Shown here one piece after another: positions 1 through 8,231 of a stretch of DNA of 18,068 bases. Both the position numbers and the translations under genes were made by a program. Position 1 is the first letter of the stretch, and the number at the start of each line of letters is the position of its first letter. The notes beneath the pieces were generated by a model. The model saw only the letters and a list, made by a program, of their open reading frames with translations, had not been told where the DNA came from and searched no databases. This DNA comes from a virus (lineage: Duplodnaviria; Heunggongvirae; Uroviricota; Caudoviricetes), in the IMG/VR virus record IMGVR_UViG_3300021387_000529, positions 282,811 to 300,878 of that record; one strand, given 5' to 3'.

Positions 1-286
1 TTACAATAGATGCTAAGTCTCGCGTTGCTGGCGTTGAACGAATTGAGCCAGTATAGCCATCTTTTATCAATTTTGGAAGTAGACCACAATGGTCGAAGTG
101 AGCATGTGTTAGAAAAACAGCACGTAATTTTTCAGTTGGAAATGTAAACTTTTTGTTTCGTTCTTGCGCATCATCAGTTCCCTGCCATGCGCCACAATCA
201 ATCATATATTGGTTGTCATCAATTTCAAGAATATGTTTTGAGCCAGTGACTTCCTCACAAGCTCCTATAGAATATGTTTGAATCAT
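1..286 (-). CDS. Metallo-beta-lactamase fold nuclease, beta-CASP/CPSF73-like family (N-terminal part; runs off the window; not in the ORF track)
   Basis: Manual translation from ATG at 286 (SD GGAGG, ATGA overlap with the upstream stop): MIQTYSIGACEEVTGSKHILEIDDNQYMIDCGAWQG...AVFLTHAHFDHCGLLPKL...STPATRDL. Contains GAxxEVTGS, DCG, the HxHxDH metal motif and TPATRDL. Confidence 0.9.
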   Translation of the reverse strand, partial: MIQTYSIGACEEVTGSKHILEIDDNQYMIDCGAWQGTDDAQERNKKFTFPTEKLRAVFLTHAHFDHCGLLPKLIKDGYTGSIRSTPATRDLASIV

Positions 287-543
287 AATTCCTCCAAGGC
301 GTCAATGAGGTCTAGTCTTTTTTGGTAGACACACTCTTTAACTTTTTTATAATACGAACGGCAATTTTCCCAAACTTTCTTTTCAGTTTTATCTGAAAAA
401 GCGAAAGAACGGGATGAAACAATTATATTGTCCCTGTCTAATACTGTTACAGCCCACATATTGTTCGTAAGGTCTGATATGTAGACTGTACCTGACGAAT
501 ACTTTCTAGAAGTAATAACCTTTCCCAAGTCAGCTTCAATCAT
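283..543 (-). CDS. Hypothetical protein, 86 aa
   Basis: ORF preceded by AACTAAATA motif and coupled to the downstream MBL gene by an ATGA overlap; no recognisable motif. Confidence 0.7.
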   Translation of the reverse strand: MIEADLGKVITSRKYSSGTVYISDLTNNMWAVTVLDRDNIIVSSRSFAFSDKTEKKVWENCRSYYKKVKECVYQKRLDLIDALEEL

Positions 544-547
544 CGAA

Positions 548-556
548 TATTTAGTT
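548..556 (-). promoter_or_regulatory. ACTAA-class putative late promoter (AACTAAATA)
   Basis: AACTAAATA-TTCG-ATG; no SD; same motif recurs before many genes in the window. Confidence 0.55.
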
Positions 557-560
557 TAAG

Positions 561-597
561 TGCTTACCTGTTTAAATAATCTTTAAAAGGGTAAGCA
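561..597. other. Imperfect inverted repeat/hairpin in a divergent intergenic region
   Basis: TGCTTACC (561-568) pairs with GGTAAGCA (590-597); inner TTTAAA (571-576) pairs with TTTAAA (582-587). Confidence 0.5.
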
Positions 598-694
598 AGT
601 GACCCTATAGATTTTAAATTATAATAACATATATACTACTATAATTTCATAACATATGTTACAATTACATGATTTGTGTTATTAATATAATAAT

Positions 695-1591
695 ATGGCA
701 ATTTATGAAGCAAGATGTGTAGGAAAAGAAGAATTCTATCCAACAGAAGAATGGATACGTGATGAATTATATAAACTTATAAAGAATAATCCAAAAACAA
801 TTTTAGACCCATGCGCAGGAAAAGGTGGTCTTGAATATTTTAATAATCCAGAATATACATACACAACATATGATATAAAAGACTACGGAATTGGCTCAGA
901 AATATGTGACTTCTTAAAAAGAGAATATGCAGGCGAAAGATTTGATGCAGTAGTTGTCAATCCGCCATACAAGTACACAGTTGAGTTTATTGAAAAATGT
1001 TTTCTATATTCTGATGATGTTTATGTAATTGCGCCAATCAAAACGATTGCTATGAACTTTGCAAATTGTATTGCTGGCTGGTCTTTGAATTATAAAATGT
1101 CACAAACATTTAATATCTTCACAAGTGTTGGATGTTTTGCATTGCATAAGAATGCTTCAACATTTGGAAAGATTAAAATTTCTAAAAAAGAAATGTTGAA
1201 AAAAATGTTTTTGCCAGAAGCTACAAAAACTTGGGCAGACACATTTGTTGAAGTCGACCACTGCACAGAAAACAAGCCATTCATAGTGAATAGACTTTTT
1301 AAGATGCGTGTTTTACGTGATGAAGAACTTATTCAAGACGAAGACATTTATGAAGCTGGTGATGAAAGCGCATTTATCGCTACTGGACAGAACTTATATG
1401 TGAAAAAAGGCGATAAGATTAAAAGAAGAATTATGTATTTTGACACAATGGAAGATGCTAAAAAGTTTCAGAAATTGTATAATGAAAATGATAAATATAT
1501 TAGAGAATACTGCTACCAATGGGGCAACAGTATTCTCCGATTGAAAGAAATACCTTTACTTGTTAGTGGGCAAGATACGAAGCAATCTTAG
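695..1591 (+). CDS. Orphan DNA amino-methyltransferase (probably N6-adenine), motif I then IV, C-terminal putative target-recognition region
   Basis: FYPTEE, SAM-binding ILDPCAGKGG, catalytic VVNPPY; no adjacent cognate endonuclease. Confidence 0.85.
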   Translation: MAIYEARCVGKEEFYPTEEWIRDELYKLIKNNPKTILDPCAGKGGLEYFNNPEYTYTTYDIKDYGIGSEICDFLKREYAGERFDAVVVNPPYKYTVEFIEKCFLYSDDVYVIAPIKTIAMNFANCIAGWSLNYKMSQTFNIFTSVGCFALHKNASTFGKIKISKKEMLKKMFLPEATKTWADTFVEVDHCTENKPFIVNRLFKMRVLRDEELIQDEDIYEAGDESAFIATGQNLYVKKGDKIKRRIMYFDTMEDAKKFQKLYNENDKYIREYCYQWGNSILRLKEIPLLVSGQDTKQS

Positions 1592-3419
1592 CCGTACCAT
1601 ATCTGTCACAAGCGCTCATCAAGTCACTGTATTCAATATCATACTGTGGCATGATGCTGATAGCTTTCTTAACAAGTGTTTCAAATGTACCACGAGAAAC
1701 ACCCATTTCTTCAGCAACAGCTTTGAGGTTTGTAGCATCTGGATTAGTGAGCAATTTCCAAAGAGCTGCAGCTGGAGTGCATTTTTTGCCATCATTTAAA
1801 GTCTCATCTTGAGCATAGTCAAACCAGTTTTTCAAGAAGTCGTCTTTTGAAAGTTTATCAAGAACTGAGTCTTCAAGACCTTCACGAGCAAAAGCATCGT
1901 CTTCACCATCAGTTCTTTCACGGCCATTATCAAATTCAAGGTCTGTCATTGAGACTGGAGTATCAGCATTTGAAACACCATTTGAGTCATTCATCGTATT
2001 ATAAACTTTTGCTTGCTCAATAACATCCAATCTGAAGTGAGAAGCAAATGCATTTTCAGGGTTGCCAGTTACTTTACTTTCATCAAAACCTTCAAGTGTT
2101 GAGAACTTATGGCGCTCACTGCCATTTTTCTTTGTGATGTCAACGCCACCTTTAATAAGAGCTTTCAAACAAATACCAATCCAACCGAGAATAGAAGACT
2201 TCAAACCGCCGTCTTCTTCAATACGAACTTTTCTCATTTTTGGATTTGGTCCCAAGAAATTGCGCCAATATGTATTAATAATCATTGGAGCATGCTTGTA
2301 CATCAAGAAACCAATAGCTGTTTGGTCACCTTCACGTGCTGCTTGAACAGCATCAAGAAAGTCGCGGCTTTCCCATTTTTGGTTAGAAGGTGTCTTGTAA
2401 ATTCTATCAACAAGGTTTACACCATCTTTAATTTTGCTGTCACTTACATCTTTAAGGTCTGCAAGTGAAACTGTAGCGTCAGCTTCTCGAAGTGTTTTCA
2501 AGATTGACATTGCAGCTTTCTTATAATACTCGAAAGCTTCTTTGTAGGCCTGGTTGCCAACTTTGATATACTTGTTTCCTGTCATGTTATCCTCCATTGC
2601 TTTGACAACCTGGTCTGCATAAGGGTGTCGAGCATAATTTTTTTGAATTTCTAGTGTTGTTCCAACAGCTTTTGCAAGTGCTTTAGTAAAATTATCATTG
2701 AGTCTATAAATGCTCATAGTTCCTTTTAAGCATTCATTGATTGTGGCAATAACAGCTCGTGGCTCATCACTGTCTTTGTATTGCTCAAAAATTGGATTTT
2801 TACTTCGTTGTGCAATTGAATTATTTATTTCTGTGAGTACAACTTGTTTTTTAGTATTTAATAAATTTAATTCTTCAGCTAATTTTTGTTGAAGTTCTTT
2901 ACCCTGTGTTGTTCTTAAATCATATGCATTAAGGTCTTTTTTGCTTTTAACAAATGTAAAATAAACAACACTAGAAGCATCATTTGCATTTAATACAAAG
3001 CATTTAGAATTATTTTCGAAAACAACAGAATTATATATGCGTCCTTGGAAGAATGTTGTTTTAAAATTTCCAAGTTTATCTTCGCTTCTTAAAAATATTT
3101 CTCTTAAAGTCTTAGAGTCTAATTTTGGTTGCTCTTCTTTTCTATGCTCTTTTTCATATGCTTTTAAATAAGGTGAAATCTCTTCAGAATACTGTCCCAA
3201 ATCACTTTTAATGCCATTAACTAAAAGTTTATAATAGTCATCATCAGTCTTAATGTTGTAATTATTGTCATTACTACAATATTTTATATATAAGTCTTCT
3301 TTATCGTCTTTTTTATCAGTATGGAATTTAAGTGCGAGAATTCTTTTAATTTTCTTTAAGTTTTCATCTTTTAATGTGTATTGTTCACGTAGAATAGCTT
3401 CAAAAAGTAAACCTTCCAT
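1563..3419 (-). CDS. 618-aa protein with C-terminal sigma70-family-like region (regions 2-4) and an unknown N-terminal domain of about 345 aa
   Basis: Start moved to ATG 3419 (follows AACTAATTT motif). AVQAAREGDQTAIGFLMYKH resembles region 1.2/2.1; GFDESK...FASHFRLDV resembles region 2.3/2.4; TPVSMTD resembles the region 3 linker; TNLKAVAEEMGVSRGTFETLVKKA resembles the region 4.2 HTH. Confidence 0.7.
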   Translation of the reverse strand: MEGLLFEAILREQYTLKDENLKKIKRILALKFHTDKKDDKEDLYIKYCSNDNNYNIKTDDDYYKLLVNGIKSDLGQYSEEISPYLKAYEKEHRKEEQPKLDSKTLREIFLRSEDKLGNFKTTFFQGRIYNSVVFENNSKCFVLNANDASSVVYFTFVKSKKDLNAYDLRTTQGKELQQKLAEELNLLNTKKQVVLTEINNSIAQRSKNPIFEQYKDSDEPRAVIATINECLKGTMSIYRLNDNFTKALAKAVGTTLEIQKNYARHPYADQVVKAMEDNMTGNKYIKVGNQAYKEAFEYYKKAAMSILKTLREADATVSLADLKDVSDSKIKDGVNLVDRIYKTPSNQKWESRDFLDAVQAAREGDQTAIGFLMYKHAPMIINTYWRNFLGPNPKMRKVRIEEDGGLKSSILGWIGICLKALIKGGVDITKKNGSERHKFSTLEGFDESKVTGNPENAFASHFRLDVIEQAKVYNTMNDSNGVSNADTPVSMTDLEFDNGRERTDGEDDAFAREGLEDSVLDKLSKDDFLKNWFDYAQDETLNDGKKCTPAAALWKLLTNPDATNLKAVAEEMGVSRGTFETLVKKAISIMPQYDIEYSDLMSACDRYGTAKIASYLAH

Positions 3420-3423
3420 AATA

Positions 3424-3432
3424 AAATTAGTT
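3424..3432 (-). promoter_or_regulatory. ACTAA-class putative late promoter (AACTAATTT)
   Basis: AACTAATTT-TATT-ATG; includes the TAA stop of the upstream gene. Confidence 0.45.
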
Positions 3433-5028
3433 GTTGTCGCTCTCACTTTCTATAAAGTCACGTTGATTTCCAAAATATTTGTTTGCAATTGCTTGGAATT
3501 CAGTACTTCTAACTAAAGCTTCAAGACCTTCATATTCATGTTTACCAGCTTCTTCTCTACGTTTATCAATGCCAGCTTTTATTAAAGGCATCATCCAACC
3601 AAGACCAATGCCTTGCATCATAAAGTCTGCACCATCAGTAAGAGCTGCTCCCCATTCCTTTCCAACTTCAGTTACAACTTGTTTCATCACACGTGAAGCC
3701 ATAGAAGGATTACCACCATCATCGAGGCCATCTTTAATCGCTTCAACAGCAGAAAAAAGTCTTGTAATATATTGTTTCGCGCCTGAGTTTGCCTTAATGC
3801 TTTCCCAAGACCAGTCTATTTCGATGTCTTCTTTTAAATGAGACTCATTTATCTTTTGTGAAGTTTTTGTATCTTGTGTGTCTTGTGCAGCTGCTGAACC
3901 AGTCTTTTTACCATTTATATATTCCAAGAATGTATTGAAGATCTCTTTTCCAGCAGGCCCAAGTTCAGGGTCATCGAATGCTTTTACTATTTGAGGGCTA
4001 ATTTTAATTTTATTGTTTTCCCAAAGCATTTCTTTAATTGGGCCAAGTTGGTTATAAACTTCTGTTGAACAATAGATAGTAATAACACCTTTGCCTATAT
4101 TAGCATTATGCAAGCTTGTGTTAAATTTTGAAACTCCAGCAGAAGGACTAACAGTCTCAACGCCTTCTTCATTCGCTTCTTTTAATGCAAATGTTCTAAG
4201 ATTTTTAATAGCAATTGTCTCTTTAATTTTTTGGGCAATAAGCACTGCAAATGTTTTCCAAGATGTAATTGTTGGAACATTTTCATTGAAATGGTTGATT
4301 AATGCTGTTCCCTTTCTATGATGAAGACACTCTACATAGCTGTTTAAGTCAAAATGGCCATCACCACCTTTATTTATAGATGTTGTAATAATTGTGCATC
4401 CTTGATAAATTGGCTTTTTTAGCTCATTGATAATAGCATCTGTTTTTTGTAAATTTGGCAAAAATGGATTTAATGGCCAAATGATGAGTCCTTTATTTAT
4501 ATCAATATTACTTGCTTTATTAGTTGTTTCATCGCTATTATATTCTTGGATAGAATTTTTATCTACATTTGTAAGAGCTTTTTCAACATTTGTAGTTTGC
4601 AGCTGATTTCCTGCAGTAAGCGCTAATTCAGTTGAAGCTGGCTCAACTTTTATAACAACTTCCCATGGATTTGTTCTACCATTATTTTTACCAGACTTAA
4701 CGCCTTGTGAAGCAGTATATGGATTTTTTATAACTCTATTCGCGATATTCAAGCTTTCACCAGTGAGAGGTTTAATTCCATAATTCTGTGGTTGAGCGAC
4801 TAAGTCTTTAAATAAAGTAGAAAATGCAATGTCTATAATATTATTTTTTTTACCTTTTTGTTGATTGACTAACTCTGCGAATTTATCAATCATTTGTTGT
4901 GTCCAATTGCTTGACTTAGCTGCTTTTATAAAGCCATCTTGTAAATTATGATTTTTGTCAATAACACTTGTATTGTTTATTTCTTTTAATCTTTGTGCTG
5001 TTTTTAATGACTCTAAAATATCTACCAT
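3427..5028 (-). CDS. Hypothetical protein, 533 aa, possibly an internal virion protein
   Basis: Long intact ORF after ACTAA motif; (I/L)xE clusters at the N-terminus (ILE, LKE) and before a C-terminal module (INESHLKE); no family recognised. Confidence 0.8.
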   Translation of the reverse strand: MVDILESLKTAQRLKEINNTSVIDKNHNLQDGFIKAAKSSNWTQQMIDKFAELVNQQKGKKNNIIDIAFSTLFKDLVAQPQNYGIKPLTGESLNIANRVIKNPYTASQGVKSGKNNGRTNPWEVVIKVEPASTELALTAGNQLQTTNVEKALTNVDKNSIQEYNSDETTNKASNIDINKGLIIWPLNPFLPNLQKTDAIINELKKPIYQGCTIITTSINKGGDGHFDLNSYVECLHHRKGTALINHFNENVPTITSWKTFAVLIAQKIKETIAIKNLRTFALKEANEEGVETVSPSAGVSKFNTSLHNANIGKGVITIYCSTEVYNQLGPIKEMLWENNKIKISPQIVKAFDDPELGPAGKEIFNTFLEYINGKKTGSAAAQDTQDTKTSQKINESHLKEDIEIDWSWESIKANSGAKQYITRLFSAVEAIKDGLDDGGNPSMASRVMKQVVTEVGKEWGAALTDGADFMMQGIGLGWMMPLIKAGIDKRREEAGKHEYEGLEALVRSTEFQAIANKYFGNQRDFIESESDNN

Positions 5029-5034
5029 AATATA

Positions 5035-5043
5035 AAATTAGTT
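5035..5043 (-). promoter_or_regulatory. ACTAA-class putative late promoter (AACTAATTT)
   Basis: AACTAATTT-TATATT-ATG; no SD. Confidence 0.5.
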
Positions 5044-6061
5044 AGTCACCAATAGAAGTCTTGTTTTTTCCAGAATGCTTAGAACAATACAAAAGTGAGT
5101 CAACAACTTTAATATTTTGGTCGAGAGTTAGACTATTGTCATATAATACAGCTCCAACTGAAATAGAAAATGATTTTTTAATAGAATTATCATTTTTAGT
5201 TCTGTTCAAAACATTGATACGAACAGCTTCAGCAATCTTATACAAGTCATATTTTAAAGTCAAGTCTTTCAGGATAATAATAAACTCTTCACCACCATAA
5301 CGGATAATTTTATCATCTTTTCGTAAGATTTCTTGTAATATTTTGTATAGTGACTTTAATGAAGCATCACCGTTGCTATGGCCAAATTCATCATTTAATT
5401 TTTTAAAATTATCGATGTCAATCATAATAATACCACAGTTTGTCAAATCTTGATCGTATAAATAATATCGATTATATGCGCCAGTAAGCTGGTCTTTATA
5501 TGCGTGCTCACGCAGTTCTTTGTTTACTTCACATAGTTTTTTGAAAGCGGTATAAGTGACAACGTATGTAAATAAGTATGAAACAGTTGTTCCAACCAAA
5601 ATTCTGGTAGAGTTTGTTGTATAGAACTCAATATTTTCAATATTTATTTGGTATTTTATTTTCAGCCAAATTAAAAAGTCATATAAAATTATAGGAAAAA
5701 ACCCAAGCTTTCCGAGATTTTTGTCGAGATAAGAAACTAAACCGAATGTTGATGAAATAAGATTTAAAAAATAAATGAAGCCGCCATCTTTACTTGAAAT
5801 TAGTAATGCTGGAAATGTAAGATATGCCATCAAAAATATTATGATTTTTGGATATAAATCATATTTGTTGAGAATAAAAATAGTAAAAATACCTAATATG
5901 AAAACTAAAGAAAAACTGATAGTAACAGAAATGATGTTTATATTGCCAATAAAAGTATTTTCATAATTGATGTAATCAATTAAAAGGCCTGCTCCATTCG
6001 AAATGACAGCAAGAATAAAAAAGATAAATGAAAGCTTAAAATTAAATCTATTATTAGTCAT
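5042..6061 (-). CDS. Membrane-anchored diguanylate cyclase (GGDEF domain)
   Basis: About 5-6 hydrophobic helices in the first 175 aa, then DQLTGAYNR, IDIDNFKKLNDEFGHSNGD, I-site RKDD five residues before RYGGEEF, and FSISVG. Confidence 0.93.
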   Translation of the reverse strand: MTNNRFNFKLSFIFFILAVISNGAGLLIDYINYENTFIGNINIISVTISFSLVFILGIFTIFILNKYDLYPKIIIFLMAYLTFPALLISSKDGGFIYFLNLISSTFGLVSYLDKNLGKLGFFPIILYDFLIWLKIKYQINIENIEFYTTNSTRILVGTTVSYLFTYVVTYTAFKKLCEVNKELREHAYKDQLTGAYNRYYLYDQDLTNCGIIMIDIDNFKKLNDEFGHSNGDASLKSLYKILQEILRKDDKIIRYGGEEFIIILKDLTLKYDLYKIAEAVRINVLNRTKNDNSIKKSFSISVGAVLYDNSLTLDQNIKVVDSLLYCSKHSGKNKTSIGD

Positions 6062-6066
6062 AATAA

Positions 6067-6075
6067 AAATTAGTG
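6067..6075 (-). promoter_or_regulatory. ACTAA-class putative late promoter (CACTAATTT)
   Basis: CACTAATTT-TTATT-ATG, directly downstream of the capsid terminator. Confidence 0.5.
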
Positions 6076-6081
6076 ATTAAT

Positions 6082-6111
6082 AAAAAAATGCCGCTCCGAA
6101 GAGCGGCATTT
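6082..6111 (-). terminator. Rho-independent terminator of the major capsid gene
   Basis: Minus strand AAATGCCGCTC-TTCG-GAGCGGCATTT followed by a T run; C(UUCG)G tetraloop. Confidence 0.92.
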
Positions 6112-6133
6112 CTTATTCGTTAGAAGCTAACAC

Positions 6134-7957
6134 TTAGTCTGCCTTCTTGTTGAAGTCTTTCATATTAGCGATCTTAACGATTGCCAAGAAGCGGCGGTTG
6201 AGTACCTGGTGGTCACCCCAAGTAGCGATACCAGCTTCCTTGTAGAAGTTCTTACGAGGAATGATACCTGTTGAGAAGAATGGAACCAATGTACCGAATA
6301 CGATAGAAACTTCTGTTTCAACCTGGTCATCTTTCCATACTGTCAAGATTTCATCTGTTGGGATGATGCTTGATGGTACTTTGAATACAGGCATGCTGTC
6401 GAATGTACCTTCCTGGTGAGCACCACGAGATGCCTGTTTTCCAGTTGGGCTCCACAATCCCTGAGCGAGTTTCAAGTAAGAAACAGCTGAAGGACCACCT
6501 ACCAAGCGGCTTACACCACCACGGAGGATTTCATCATAAATAACATCACCAATTGCGTCAAATGCTGAAACAATTGTTGAAGCGTTGTCACGATAACCGT
6601 CTTTAGCACCACGTGTATTAGCTGGAACATCCTCTGTTGAGTAAGCAGCATCGAATACATAGTAGTAGTTAGGGTTATGTGAAGCATTTGTCTTAGCCAT
6701 CTGATAACCGAGTTTGATTGCACGGTAGTCAAGAGCTGAACGGATTTCCTGAGAAGCGTAGCTTACCAAGAGCTCTTCAGCTGATGTGCTGTAAGATGTC
6801 TGCAATGTGATTTCTGTGAGCTGTGACCAAGAAACACCAATTGATGTCATAGAAGGTTTGAACTGGTAGTCTGTCAACTGGATTTCAACTTCACCAAGGT
6901 GGTTACCTTCGAAGTCGCTCTCAGCGTTGAAACGTCCATAAGCACGAATTTCTGTGCTTCCATCTTTGAACCAAGGAGCTTTCTTAGCAACATCTTCTGT
7001 TGTAGAAACTTTTACAATCATTACACCAGGACCTTCAGTCTTCAAAGCAGCTTCGATGTCGTCAGTCTTTGGCATAACTGTGATACCAGCTTCATGGTTG
7101 TTGAGGAACTTGCTGCGGTAAGCAACAGGCTTAATCATCTCAACTTTGAAACCAGGAGCAGCAAGGAATTCACCAGAACGTTTGTCCTGAGCTGCGATGA
7201 GCTGCTGGTCTACAGTATTGCTGTCATCACCATCATTGTAACCGAAGATTCCTACATAACCATCAACGTAGTTAGCACCATTTTTACCCCATTTTGTTGA
7301 GAGGTGTTTTGCACTCTCTGAAAGACCTTCGATTTCTGTACCGTCTGTGAGGTCTTTGAAGAAGAGTTTTACCTGCTCACCGTTGATTTTACCGTCAACA
7401 GGAACGTTTGCGATTTCCATATTGTGGCGATCACGAACGTCTTCATAGAGAGCCTTACGGAATTCATCACGGTTGAAGTCACCACCTTTTCCATACTCCC
7501 ATGGGTCGTAGTCGTCATCTTCACGTCCACCGTATGTTGAGTCACGGTCGTTCAAGTCATGTCCATTAGCTGTTTTGCTGAAGAATGGACGAACGTACTG
7601 GATGCTGTCCTTTGTTGTTTCAAGAGCAACTTCTGTAAATACTTTATTGCGGATAAGGTTTGGCATTGAAAGTCTTACAAGACGAAGCATATTCTCTGGT
7701 GTGAAGTTGTTCAATGCTGTTGCCATCTGAGACTCTTTCAAGTTGCTCATAAAGTTGTACTGGCGGTCCAAGTTGATAGCTGTGTTACGAGCAACACCAA
7801 CTGGCATTGTTTTCAAACCTTCACCTACTTCAGGAATACGTGACCAAGCTTCGATAAGCTTGTCAGCTCTGAAATTTCTGTCATCCTTGTACATTTTCTG
7901 TACTGCTTCTGCGCGAGCATTAGCATTTTTTGCGCTCATTGCTGAGTTCATACCCAT
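6134..7957 (-). CDS. gp23: Major capsid protein, T4 gp23-like, 607 aa
   Basis: LIEAW...NTAINLDRQ...LKES...MLRLVRLSMPNLI parallels the gp23 N-terminus; QLTEITL...EIRSALDYRAI and C-terminal LVPFF...FYKEAGIATW parallel the HK97-fold core; SD AAGGAG; strong codon bias; own terminator. Confidence 0.85.
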   Translation of the reverse strand: MGMNSAMSAKNANARAEAVQKMYKDDRNFRADKLIEAWSRIPEVGEGLKTMPVGVARNTAINLDRQYNFMSNLKESQMATALNNFTPENMLRLVRLSMPNLIRNKVFTEVALETTKDSIQYVRPFFSKTANGHDLNDRDSTYGGREDDDYDPWEYGKGGDFNRDEFRKALYEDVRDRHNMEIANVPVDGKINGEQVKLFFKDLTDGTEIEGLSESAKHLSTKWGKNGANYVDGYVGIFGYNDGDDSNTVDQQLIAAQDKRSGEFLAAPGFKVEMIKPVAYRSKFLNNHEAGITVMPKTDDIEAALKTEGPGVMIVKVSTTEDVAKKAPWFKDGSTEIRAYGRFNAESDFEGNHLGEVEIQLTDYQFKPSMTSIGVSWSQLTEITLQTSYSTSAEELLVSYASQEIRSALDYRAIKLGYQMAKTNASHNPNYYYVFDAAYSTEDVPANTRGAKDGYRDNASTIVSAFDAIGDVIYDEILRGGVSRLVGGPSAVSYLKLAQGLWSPTGKQASRGAHQEGTFDSMPVFKVPSSIIPTDEILTVWKDDQVETEVSIVFGTLVPFFSTGIIPRKNFYKEAGIATWGDHQVLNRRFLAIVKIANMKDFNKKAD

Positions 7958-8142
7958 TTTGATAATTCTCCTTTTAGAATAGAAGTCTTCAAAACAAATA
8001 TCTTAAAATGACATTCACTTATATTTAAAAGTGTATTTCAGGTGTTATATAAAAACAAACTTGTACCAAAATATATGAATCTTGGTAATTTCCTTTAAGA
8101 AATTTTTGAAAGACAGACGCTCTTAATAAGCGTCATTGTTTA

Positions 8143-8157
8143 ATTATATAGTTAGTT
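8143..8157 (-). promoter_or_regulatory. Putative promoter for the capsid gene (AACTAACTA-TATAAT)
   Basis: ACTAA-like motif plus a TATAAT hexamer about 185 nt upstream of the capsid ATG; start site not verifiable. Confidence 0.4.
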
Positions 8158-8180
8158 TATTTTCAAAAGATGCAAGTTTT

Positions 8181-8209
8181 TTGAACAATTTTTATTAATC
8201 TCATATATT
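8181..8209 (+). promoter_or_regulatory. Sigma70-type (early) promoter TTGAAC-N17-TATATT
   Basis: -35 at 8181-8186, -10 at 8204-8209; both hexamers, the spacing and flanking TCATATATTATAT are identical to the copy at 14811-14839. Confidence 0.75.
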
Positions 8210-8231
8210 ATATCCGTAACAAGGAGAAAAT

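Noticed and set aside
610-694. Defined sigma70 promoter for the methyltransferase
   Set aside because: Three TATAAT hexamers (620, 640, 686) are present but none has a convincing -35 at 16-18 bp, so none can be singled out.
3420-3446. GTG start at 3446 for the sigma-like ORF, and track starts at 8968 and 15805
   Set aside because: Downstream ATGs (3419, 9025, 15829) follow the motif, SD or preceding stop codon and remove long overlaps.
8008-8048. Two-tier hairpin ATGACATT/GGTGTTAT enclosing CACTT/AAGTG
   Set aside because: The outer stem depends on G-U pairs that form only on the plus strand, which has no evident promoter here.
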